20,000 bases of DNA from Williopsis jadinii (Eukaryota), in NCBI GenBank assembly GCA_024346625.1, contig AP024666.1:2099608-2119607 (forward strand), in the 5' to 3' direction. Made by a program: the position numbers and the translations under genes. This document shows, piece after piece, positions 8,808 through 18,362 of the stretch (positions within the stretch are counted from its first letter, which is position 1; each line of letters starts with the position of its first letter). The notes beneath the pieces were generated by a model. The model did no database searches. It saw only the letters and a program-made list of their open reading frames with translations, and was not told where the DNA came from.

Positions 8808-9782
8808 TTACGCGCTGTATGGAACGTAGGGAGTATCAATGGAGCCCTTCTGTTCAACCAATCTACTATATAACTCTGGACGTCTATGTCTAGAGAAGTC
8901 AAACATTTTCTTCTTACCATTAACTGCTTCGTCCAAGTCAATCTCACAGACGAGCAATTCGTCGTCCTCTGTTTTGGCCTTTGCAATGACAACACCATTT
9001 GGATCAACGATGAGCGATCCAGCAATAAGTTCTTGGCCGTCTTCCATACCACATTTGGCAACTGAGACGGCGAAGCAGGAGTTGAAATAGGCATTGGCAG
9101 TGGTTGACAAATCAGAATGGTGCATTCTCAGCTCTTTGTTCTCTTTGGAGCCGAAAAGCGCAGTGCCATTACTAGTGGTGTTGTAACCGTTAAGGCATAG
9201 ATCCATACCTTGAAGAGCATAACATCTCCAAGCCTCTGGCCATCTTCTGTCATTACAGATGAGCATTCCCATAGTTGCATCGATCCATTCTGGATCAGAT
9301 TTGTAAGCCGGGAACCCCAAATCACCGTACTCGAAGTATCTCTTCTCCAATTGTTGGAATGCGATACCTTCTGTAGGTTCAACGAACCCAGGCAAGTGCG
9401 CCTTTCTGTACTTCTGAACCAATTGGCCCTTGTTATCAACCAGGATGTAGGTATTGAAATGATGGCCATCGTCAGTCAACTCGGCGTAACCAAGGACGAA
9501 CCCAATTCCATACTCCTTTGCGGCGTCGAAAAGAGGTCTGACAACCTCATTCTTGGTGATATCACCTTTCTCGAAATAACTGTCAATTTCCTCCTGAGAC
9601 TCAACCAGCCATCTTGGGAAGAAAGATGTCAATGCGAGTTCTGGAAACACTGCAAGTTTAGCACCCTTTTCAGCAGCTTGTTTCAACAAACCAGTCAGTC
9701 TGGCAACAGTTTCGGATTTAGGTGTAGCCTTTTGGATTGGGCCAAGTTGTACTCCAGCGATTGTAAATTTTCTCACAGCCAT
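8808..9782 (-). CDS. N-carbamoyl-D-amino acid amidohydrolase (D-carbamoylase, nitrilase superfamily), 324 aa
   Basis: Glu-Lys-Cys triad in VFPELALTSFFPRW, YRKAHLPG and MLICNDRRWPEAWR; also LEKRYFEYGDLGFP and FSRHRRPELY. These closely match the Agrobacterium D-NCAase motifs as I recall them. Confidence 0.9.
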   Translation of the reverse strand: MAVRKFTIAGVQLGPIQKATPKSETVARLTGLLKQAAEKGAKLAVFPELALTSFFPRWLVESQEEIDSYFEKGDITKNEVVRPLFDAAKEYGIGFVLGYAELTDDGHHFNTYILVDNKGQLVQKYRKAHLPGFVEPTEGIAFQQLEKRYFEYGDLGFPAYKSDPEWIDATMGMLICNDRRWPEAWRCYALQGMDLCLNGYNTTSNGTALFGSKENKELRMHHSDLSTTANAYFNSCFAVSVAKCGMEDGQELIAGSLIVDPNGVVIAKAKTEDDELLVCEIDLDEAVNGKKKMFDFSRHRRPELYSRLVEQKGSIDTPYVPYSA

Positions 9783-9912
9783 AATTGATGTTCCTCATCA
9801 CGTCATACGAAAGAGAGTAGTCACTTGATGCCATGTGTCCATATTTATACACCACGACTCAAAGGCTGTAGATAAGAAAGAGCAGTCTATTTCAGATATA
9901 CCGGTGATGAGC

Positions 9913-9938
9913 TCGGAGATCTGCCGACAAAACTCCGA
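9913..9938. promoter_or_regulatory. Dyad TCGGAG-N14-CTCCGA upstream of the D-carbamoylase
   Basis: The minus strand reads TCGGAGTTTT-GTCGGC-AGATCTCCGA, with both 10-bp arms identical to the 4277 copy. GATAAG at 9871; TATAAA (-) at 9849-9844. Confidence 0.78.
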
Positions 9939-10260
9939 GTATTTTCTTGTTAAGGACAACAGTGCGCCATCGGGTAATGCGACGTATTCGAACGAGCCAT
10001 ACATTTAAAACAAGAGGAGACCTAACATGTCCTTCTGCTGTCTCTACCATTATGTCGCCTTATGCAGTGATATGTGGTATTATGCGGTCTTTGTAGTAGA
10101 GATGGGTAAGAAGGAGGTAGTAGTGGTCCGTTTCTATGGATACATGAAGGAAACAGCCGCATGCTTCTGGTAAAGTATGGTTGGCTAAGTACAACTGAAA
10201 AACTATCGAAAATACATTGATTATTATGGTTAACTATGGGGAGTCTGTATGAAAGCGATC

Positions 10261-13200
10261 TTACGTTGGATGTGAGTTCTTTGGATCTGCCTTTGCTTCT
10301 TTCATAAGCTTTCTAGCCTTGTATTTCCTCTTCTGTTCTGACTTTTTTGGTCGTCCTCTTCCTCTCTTCTTCTCACCCGCGGAAGGAATCCTATTGGATC
10401 CATATGAGATCCCCTGGTTCTTCTTAGTCTTCTTTTTGATGCCCCGCATGTTGTCGTGATGCTCTTTTAACACTTGCACTGTCTTCAATAGAACCTCTTT
10501 GTTGAATGTCTTCACTGCTGACCTGGAACTTTGAGACGCCGTCTTCCGTATGATACATCTATTGGCTTTTGAAAAACAGCTCTGGTATCTGAATATTGGT
10601 GGGCAGTAACTGGAGTTCTTCTTTCTTTTCTTCTTTCTGCTATCTTCGTAGATAATCTCTTTGGCAAGTCGTGGTATTGATGGGATAAGAGCGTGGCCGT
10701 TGAGAACCCTTCTTATCTTCACACAAGTGATATGTGGACATTCGAAGAATGTATACGCTTGATTGCGACAATGGGAACAACTGTACGTAGACTTTTTTTC
10801 CGTTTTCCCCTCTTGTGAGATGGTACATCGCCTCTCAGTAACAACAGCTGTTCTGGCTCGCAATTGATGATAAACATAAGCACGAAAGTTGACAAATGAA
10901 TCACGTCTTCTCATCTTCTTCGCATAAACTCGCAACACCTTTAAAAGATCTTCAACAGACAAACCACAGTCCCACGATACACTATGCTTGTGAGTCGTCA
11001 CTTCGGTTCCAGGTGAACTCTCATCAACGGTTACACTAGTCTCTTTGCTATTTAGGCAAGAAGAAGTGATAATATTTGTTGAGTACAACAAATAGCCATA
11101 GTTTGTGAGTATCTCGGTATATTCTGGTTCTTCCTCTTCATCAGAAAAGTCGCTGGCATCATCTGAGTCGCTCCCATCATCCAAATCGCTGGCATCATTC
11201 ATTTCATCATCATATTGAGGCATCTGTCTCACTGTATTCCAATCAAAGGTCATGGACTCTGTGATTTTCACCTTCTCACACTGCATCGACAGCACTTCGA
11301 CAATGAGATTGGTTGGGTTCAATCGCCTAAACGCAAACATCTCTGCATTCAAAATCTCACAATGATTGGATGTCATGATATCAAACCTTGGAGTTACCGA
11401 ATTGTAAAGTTGAAGACCTCTAGCACAGTCTTGGGTGTTGGTGATAAGATTATAGGTACTGTTAACTTTCTCCCTCTTATGCCTCTCAAAGAAACCCCCC
11501 TTCATAGCTTCTTGGATTAGTGGAACCTTTGCGGGATCAGATTCAAATATCAACCGGAAAAAGTTATGTTGCATAGCACTTCTATGCTTTGCAATTGTGT
11601 ACTTGAAGAGGTTTCTTTCGACGTGTTTGGAGCATGCAAAGCTCTCAATCGGAACACCACACCGGGTTCTCAACATATCCAAGGCCTTCTTGATACCCTT
11701 ATCCTGATCTGATATGATTTGTAATGGGGGAATGCTCTCCTCAGTGATACTATCATTGTGTAATTGTAGAGATTCCCGTAACTTCTTCCAATGCGATCCA
11801 CCATTCTTCTTGAAGAATGTGTATAGGAAGGTGAACCATTCTAATCCACACTCTGCATTCTTTGAAAGCATCATACCCAGGGGAACAAGTCCCTTGGACC
11901 CAGCCTGGCCAACAATAGTGTATAATGTAAGAAAGTTCTCTTTGTATCCCTGACTATTGTACAAAGACAAATGGCAAGCATCTACTGTGAGTGTTGGTAC
12001 TAAGCTTTCGTAGAACTGGTCATCAATGGCGTTGGAGAAATAGATGCACTTGATTTCATCCTGTGGATGTGATATTAAATCGAGTGCTGAAGAAGTCAAC
12101 TCTGAGGACTTTACAGCAGCTTTCAACGTCTTTTTTGCTTCATCAGGATTGAAATTTAGCCTCTTGTCACCCGCCTGTGCAGGCCTCTTCTTTTTAGAAA
12201 GAACTGTCAGGTTGTTCAGCACTAACTTTTCATCCTGAGAATCGGCTGCAGGACCATCTTCGGGGTGATCACTATTGGCGTCTTCCAATTGTTGTAAAAA
12301 CTCGTCCTGTGCCTTTTCCCATTCAACATTTGTATCACTAACACTCGGTCCATCTGCATCTGTTGTTGAAGCACAGTCACTCTCTGCTTCTCGCTGATGT
12401 CCATCTCCTCTCCAGTCAGAAACTATTCTGGAGAGCTCAGTCGCATCCTCCTTGCTTAGGATGTTGTCAATATACCTGTTATCCTGTAGAAGTAATGCTA
12501 TCTCAAAGTGCTTCAAGCCCTGTAGAAGGTCTTCAGTTTCTTGATTGTCTTGTACAACATCATCAGCTGCCTTGTTATTGCTCTTACCATCATCTGTATG
12601 TGAAGTTGAGAGCGCAGTCAATAACAACTGTATCATGTATTCTCCATTCGCCGTTCTATCTGTGAATTTGGAGAACGATGTCCCCGACAAGGCTCTTTTT
12701 AGAGAGTCATACATTTGAGCATCTAGTGGTTTGGTGGTCGATTCAAATCGAACCTGGCATATATCTTCTATTTCCTCCTCTGACCTGGTGTAAATGTTGT
12801 TCAAGATGAGATGAGTCGCTGTGAGTGTGAATTTTCTCTGATATGAAACATCTTCAGAAGGCCTAGATACCTTCAGAGTTGTTTCATCTGCGTCTTGAAG
12901 CCATTCAAATATCGCTCTACCAACGTTGGAAAGTGAATGGGATTTTATCTTTGAATAGAGCAGATAGTCTTTGAGACAACCGAAACTATCGATCTCTACT
13001 CCATCTTTGTCTTCACCAAAATATCCATCATACCTCAGCAGTTCAACAACTCTCTCTAATTGAGGACCCCTAAGCTCTTGTCTTTGAGCAGTGTTTCTGG
13101 AAAGTGCCAGATTGGTCAACCTTGGAATCTGACAACAATGTCCCTGTTTGATATCACCTACTGAGCATTGTATGTCATAATCTAAGACCTTGCTATAACA

Positions 13201-13857
13201 AAATGAACACCGTGCCATATACCTATTGTTTGGTCTTTGTACAAGGGATACAAAGATACCAAGCTCCAGTAGACAGTATATGTGAATAGCTTGTTGTAAT
13301 ATGTGCAAAGACGATAACCTCTCCTCCACAACGATGCCTTTTGTCTGCCTTCTCTCGATTCCTTCATTAATGAGAGACTTTGCGGTACCCAAAAGAAAGC
13401 TTTTCAAACTTGTTCTACCTCCATGCAAAGAAGAGTCAAAAGTTGACTGTGGCAGAGAAATAGTGTCCTCATTAGATGATGGTTTATCTGCGACGCTTGT
13501 CTCGTTTGCCTCAGAATCCTCAATATCCGGCACGGTTTGAGTTTGTACTTCAGCACTAAAATCAACACCTTGATACCAAGAAGTATCTGACATCATGTCC
13601 TGATGACACATGTTGAACTCGACAAAGCGTCTTCTCAAATCACTTATTACATTTCCCATTTTGAAAGAAAAGCTGATCTCAAGAAGGGTGAGGACCTCGA
13701 TACACGCTTGGAAATGATGTTTGCATTGGTCGAGCTGTTCCTTTAGGAGCGCTTTCTCTGCCACCGGTGAAGCTGATATTTTCTTCTTCACAGAAGCTAG
13801 CATATCAACCATCCAAGGAGATAGAGACATAACGACGTCTGGGTCTGGTAGAGACAT
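10261..13857 (-). CDS. Mutator-like (MULE) DDE transposase, 1198 aa, with SWIM-type zinc finger and AT-hook
   Basis: TVDACHL (first D, ~11981), IISDQDKGIKKAL (second D, ~11708), ACSKHVERNL (CxxH, ~11630), TSNHCEILN (E, ~11357), CSHC...ECPHI (SWIM-like, ~10735-10782) and KKRGRGRPKK (AT-hook/NLS). First ATG is at 13857; the track start is a TTG. Confidence 0.85.
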   Translation of the reverse strand: MSLPDPDVVMSLSPWMVDMLASVKKKISASPVAEKALLKEQLDQCKHHFQACIEVLTLLEISFSFKMGNVISDLRRRFVEFNMCHQDMMSDTSWYQGVDFSAEVQTQTVPDIEDSEANETSVADKPSSNEDTISLPQSTFDSSLHGGRTSLKSFLLGTAKSLINEGIERRQTKGIVVEERLSSLHILQQAIHIYCLLELGIFVSLVQRPNNRYMARCSFCYSKVLDYDIQCSVGDIKQGHCCQIPRLTNLALSRNTAQRQELRGPQLERVVELLRYDGYFGEDKDGVEIDSFGCLKDYLLYSKIKSHSLSNVGRAIFEWLQDADETTLKVSRPSEDVSYQRKFTLTATHLILNNIYTRSEEEIEDICQVRFESTTKPLDAQMYDSLKRALSGTSFSKFTDRTANGEYMIQLLLTALSTSHTDDGKSNNKAADDVVQDNQETEDLLQGLKHFEIALLLQDNRYIDNILSKEDATELSRIVSDWRGDGHQREAESDCASTTDADGPSVSDTNVEWEKAQDEFLQQLEDANSDHPEDGPAADSQDEKLVLNNLTVLSKKKRPAQAGDKRLNFNPDEAKKTLKAAVKSSELTSSALDLISHPQDEIKCIYFSNAIDDQFYESLVPTLTVDACHLSLYNSQGYKENFLTLYTIVGQAGSKGLVPLGMMLSKNAECGLEWFTFLYTFFKKNGGSHWKKLRESLQLHNDSITEESIPPLQIISDQDKGIKKALDMLRTRCGVPIESFACSKHVERNLFKYTIAKHRSAMQHNFFRLIFESDPAKVPLIQEAMKGGFFERHKREKVNSTYNLITNTQDCARGLQLYNSVTPRFDIMTSNHCEILNAEMFAFRRLNPTNLIVEVLSMQCEKVKITESMTFDWNTVRQMPQYDDEMNDASDLDDGSDSDDASDFSDEEEEPEYTEILTNYGYLLYSTNIITSSCLNSKETSVTVDESSPGTEVTTHKHSVSWDCGLSVEDLLKVLRVYAKKMRRRDSFVNFRAYVYHQLRARTAVVTERRCTISQEGKTEKKSTYSCSHCRNQAYTFFECPHITCVKIRRVLNGHALIPSIPRLAKEIIYEDSRKKKRKKNSSYCPPIFRYQSCFSKANRCIIRKTASQSSRSAVKTFNKEVLLKTVQVLKEHHDNMRGIKKKTKKNQGISYGSNRIPSAGEKKRGRGRPKKSEQKRKYKARKLMKEAKADPKNSHPT

Positions 13858-13869
13858 TATGGTTGCCAA
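10261..13869 (-). mobile_element. MULE DNA transposon or domesticated derivative; element ends not determined
   Basis: Inferred from the transposase motifs only; no convincing terminal inverted repeats were found by eye. Confidence 0.6.
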
Positions 13870-16190
13870 TGATCTGTATTAACCACACGTATCTGATGTT
13901 TTGTCTATGGATTTGTTTACAATCTCTGTTGGAATTTGTTCGCGTTTGTGTTGTTGTTTTGACCATGAGGTATGGATGTGGTGTGTGGGTGAAAGGACTT
14001 GGGACTACAGAGGCCTACGATGTCTCTCTTTATTTGCACCAAATTAGCAGGGTAAAGAGTTTAGAGACCTAAAGCTTTTTAAGCCTCTAATAGCTCCATC
14101 AGCGAATTCTAAAGAGAGAATGAGTATCATATATCTATTCCTGTTTTTTTGAAATATTTATGTTTCAGTTCATATTTTAGATCAATCTATCTCTGTTCAT
14201 TTTCTTGCATTATTCTTGCATTATTTGTGCGTTACTCTTGTTAATTCATGATAAAACTGTTTCTTCTTCACCAAAATTTACCATGGGACTTGGTTATATA
14301 CCCTAAAAATTCCATATTAATAAAATTCAATATTCCTGGATTTCCAAACACTCTATTGTAATTACTCTTGCAAATTCTTTTGCCTTGAAATTTTGTACTA
14401 CATTTCTTGCTGTTTTTCGGGAACCTCAAGCGCGATGTTGGTAATGCTGGTAGCGCTTGAAATGTCTCAACCTTTTGTCTCGACCGTGGAAAAGAGGTAT
14501 CTAATACTCTCCATACAAGCAGTGTAGTAACTTGAAAATGATATTAAATCACACTATATGGAATATATGACCTTGGTAGATATATTCCAGTTGCTTTTGA
14601 GTACTCTTTGTTGTTGTGGGTTCTCACAAGTTGAGACGCAGGACGACCAACACATACAAACTCATAACATTTCATCAATATACAAGATTTGGGGGCTATA
14701 AGTGGAACATAATGAGAGGTGTCAATAATATTTCTCATGATATAGCTTCTTGTGGTCGAAATGAGGCATGGTATGTACTGTCATTGTTTTTGGATCAAAG
14801 CATCGGTGACTTAATATCTGACTGGCAGAAGTCCTTGGAAAAAGGTGCCATTAAGCAGGGTATCGCAAATTGAACATTTTCTAAAGATACACTTCTGATA
14901 AGTACGGTACATAAAACAGTGATACAGTCTATATAATCGATTGTGAACCCCTTGGTGTTTTGGTTATTGTAGAGTACAAACATCTTGTTTTTATACGGGG
15001 GAAGCAGTAGAACAGAAGGGAAGTAAGCGGAGTTAGACCAGAAACTTCAGTGTATATTAAAGAGTCTAGTGTATTATTTTGATCATATAGTTAATATAGA
15101 GAGTACAAGTCCATTCTTATCCCGGCTACTAAGGCTCAAACTTCTAGACAATGATCATTATCACCTTTAAGAGTTCATTCATTTTACTCTGGTTTCTGCG
15201 CGCCAGAAATTCCGTCAAGTTTCTGGTTTCATTTTTCCTTGACCTATTCACCATGAAATGAGAAGGATCCAACTCAGTGAAAGTAAATCTTTGAAAATTC
15301 CAGAATTCTAATCATCAGCTTGAACTGAGTAATTTCAATACCTGATAGTTATCCTCAAGTGAGTCTCAGCTATGTGTACTGTCTGCTTTGACTTGAATCT
15401 ATAGTACTATACGATGAAAGTGGAAGTCCTTCCTCAACAGATGTAGTGAAATGTACTCTTCGTTGTGCGGTTTAAGTGCCCACTTCATTAATGTATCTCT
15501 TAGACATACAGGAGAAGATACTGGATTTCAAGTTTTATTGTGTAGCCATTAAGCACTAGATGTGTAATAGCGTCTGCAGGTCTTGAGGGATTGGTTTGTT
15601 CAACTAGGCACATACATAAGATTAGTCCAAATTGAACCGAACATTTCAAGTCTGTCAAAGGTACGCCAAACACATTTGACACTGATCACCCTCATAACTG
15701 AAGAGCGTCACTGGAATTTATGGCGATCTTGCTTGTAATGAAATTCAAACAATCCATTGAGCTTGAGCTCTTTGCTTTTATAGTAAAGACCTCTCACAGT
15801 GTAGTTACCTCCTATGCTAGAATCTATAAGTCATTTAGACGATTTAAACTCTGGTGAATTTTCAAACCAGCTCAATCCAAATGACAGTTTAAATTACGAC
15901 TGTGGAGCCATTTGTAAACATTGTTTATCAGATGCACAAACTCAGAGTTCCGTAATTCAGAGATGATTGGCCTAAAGATACACTTTGAATTGGTATTCGT
16001 CGTGAGAGTGCAATCTCTCGAAGCAAATTGTTTTCAAGAGAAGAACCTTTGAAATCGTCTTGATTTTCATATTTTTGTGCTTTTTTTGACTGATTTCTAC
16101 TCTAAAATCCACCGAATTTTCCTTAGCTACGCTAAGGTTAAACACAATGGCTTATAGATCCCAAAGACTCTATACTCAAAACAGCGCGAG

Positions 16191-16229
16191 CTACCTGAGT
16201 ATTTTTCGATGGCCAAAATACTCAGGTAG
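16191..16229. repeat. Perfect 15-bp inverted repeat with 9-nt loop
   Basis: CTACCTGAGTATTTT (16191-16205), loop TCGATGGCC, then AAAATACTCAGGTAG (16215-16229). Confidence 0.9.
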
Positions 16230-16836
16230 TTCGTTCTAGAGCGCTGTCGCGAGCGCCGCGGGTGAAAAACTCCGGTCATGAGCCCACCACCCATGGACAC
16301 CAAGTGCACAATTCAAGAACGTATAGCTCAACTAGAGGCGCTATTGCGATAAAAGTTTGACTGTGAAGATCAGAAAAAATTCATCTCTCAGATCGATCTT
16401 TTACTACTGTTGTAACCGATTTTTGGGCGCTCAGTGATGTTTTTAACACAATTCTTCAGATTTTGAAGTAACCTCGATCGTCAAAATTTTCCCAAGACCT
16501 ACATACAAGAAACTTACCAAACAAACTTTTGGGCTAGCTCCATCAATAACTATGATCAGAACACATAGATTACACCGATCGATAGCTAATAACTCGCTCT
16601 ATCGATTTAGGGAATGTATTGTTTTGTATACTATATTAACATTCAATATTTATATGCATCATGTATGGCGTACATATACGGTATGGAGACACACACATAC
16701 CCCATGTAGCAAATTTTGTAAGGAAGGGTATGTTTGTTGCGCTCTTAAAACAAACATCATCACAGTGTATGAAAACTAGCAGCAGCAGCAGATCCAAAGA
16801 GATGGAAGTTTGGAAGTATGTGTATGCTACTATCCA

Positions 16837-18254
16837 ATGGCGCACAAATTAGAAGCTCACATAACCCATGAGTTGGATCTCTATGGTACTGAGGACACTA
16901 AGAAAGAAGATCAACAAGAGCAACAGCTCACCGAACGAGAGCTGATGGACGATGAGACTTTCTATTCGCTATGTTCGCCTTCTAGGAAGAAACTCATAGT
17001 GTTCATGTATCACTTTCATGTTTCCTTTCACCCTTGAGCTCAATGTCTTTCCTGCCTGCTGTTTCCATCATCGCGGAGGAGTTCCAGACTACAGGTACCG
17101 TGATCAACATTTCCAACGCTGTGTATAACTTTTGCATGGCGATTTCAACGATATTGATTTCTCCCTTGGGTGCCATATATGGCAAGAGATGGCTCATGAT
17201 CATTTGTCTATCTTTGTTTGTGCTGACCTCTATTCTCACAGCTGTTTCACAAAACCTGGCAATGTTCTTTGTTTTCAGAGCTCTAAGTGCAATGAGTGGA
17301 ACTCCCGTTTTTAGCATTGGCTCAACAATACTGGGTGATATTTACCAGCCTACAGAAAGGGGTAACGCAATGGGCCTTTCATTGTTAGGTTCGCAATTGG
17401 GCCCAGCATTTGGCCCTGTGCTGGGTGGTATCATTGTTACCTATACTACTTGGAGAGTTATATTCTGGGTTCAGGTTGGTCTTTCCACTGTCAACCTCGT
17501 GCTGGCCATAATGTTCTTACCTGAGACTTCGAGAATCACAACATTGCAGAAGATGAGACGAGAAAAGTCCAATCCCAAACTTTGGTTCTGTCCCTTCAAC
17601 CCTGCAAGAGTTATATGGGCCTTGTTCCGTTATCCAAACTTGACACTCGCAGGTATTATCAGTATGTCGATCCACTTTAACATGTTCTCGCTTCTCACCC
17701 CGATAAGATACGTTGTTGATCCTCGCTTTGGACTCGAGAAGCCAATATTTGGTGGCTTGTTTTATCTGGCACCGGGATTCGGATACGTCGTTGGTGCCTT
17801 TTGGGGAGGGAAATGGGCAGATCATTACGTCCATAAGTATATGCGACTAAGAGGTAGAAGAGTTCCTGAAGACAGACTGCGAAGTATGTTTTTGGCATAC
17901 GGGTTGGGGTTGCCAGGTACGGTATTGGTTTACGGATGGTGCTTACAGAAAGAGAAAGGCGGGATGGCTTTGCCTCTTGTAATGATGTTTCTCGGAGCTG
18001 TATCACAGACCATATGCTATCCCAGTATTAACACATACTGTGTCGATTCTATGCCTCAACTGAAGGGTGATGCAATTGCAGGAAATTACTTTATTAGATT
18101 CATAGCAGCAGGCATAAGTTCTGCATCTGTCTTGACAGAGATTAACTCGATAGGTGTGGGATGGACTTGTACTATCAGTGCATCCTTCTTGATATTTGGA
18201 TTTATATGCTGTCAGGCTTTGATAAGGTCTGGTGAGAGAATGCGTTTGAAGTGA
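16837..18254 (+). pseudogene. DHA1-family MFS transporter (Dtr1/Qdr-like) with a 1-nt frameshift near 17006 (true lesion or assembly error)
   Basis: The ATG 16837 frame gives MAHKLE...FYSLCSPSRKKLIVF. Another frame continues VSLSCFLSPLSSMSFLPA into ORF 17034..18254, which has YGKRW, ERGNAMG...GPAFGPVLGG, WRVIFW, GGKWAD and PEDRL. Adding one base would give ~472 aa. Confidence 0.8.
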
Positions 18255-18362
18255 TTGAATATATAGACTTGAATTAGTAAATACCAAGCATTATTTTTGA
18301 GGTTGATTATTTGTGTGAGTAGATTCTTACAACACAACCTCTTCTTTAAATACTTAAAGTTA

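Noticed and set aside
9210..9788. 192-aa antisense ORF and similar overlapping ORFs (e.g. 5886-6380, 4668-5060, 2904-3233)
   Set aside because: Shadow frames of well-supported genes with no recognisable motifs.
10017..14072. 9-bp direct repeat GAGACCTAA at 10017-10025 and 14064-14072 as a MULE target-site duplication
   Set aside because: The length fits, but the enclosed ends are not inverted repeats and a 9-mer match between flanks this long is plausible by chance. It needs an empty-site comparison.
14202..14223. Tandem 11-bp duplication TTCTTGCATTA x2 in an AT-rich tract
   Set aside because: Two copies in low-complexity DNA; not enough to call a subterminal repeat or replication origin.
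17007..17038. 32-nt GT...AG 'intron' that would restore the MFS frame
   Set aside because: Too short, no branch-point motif, poor donor (GTATCA), and it would delete conserved TM1 residues.
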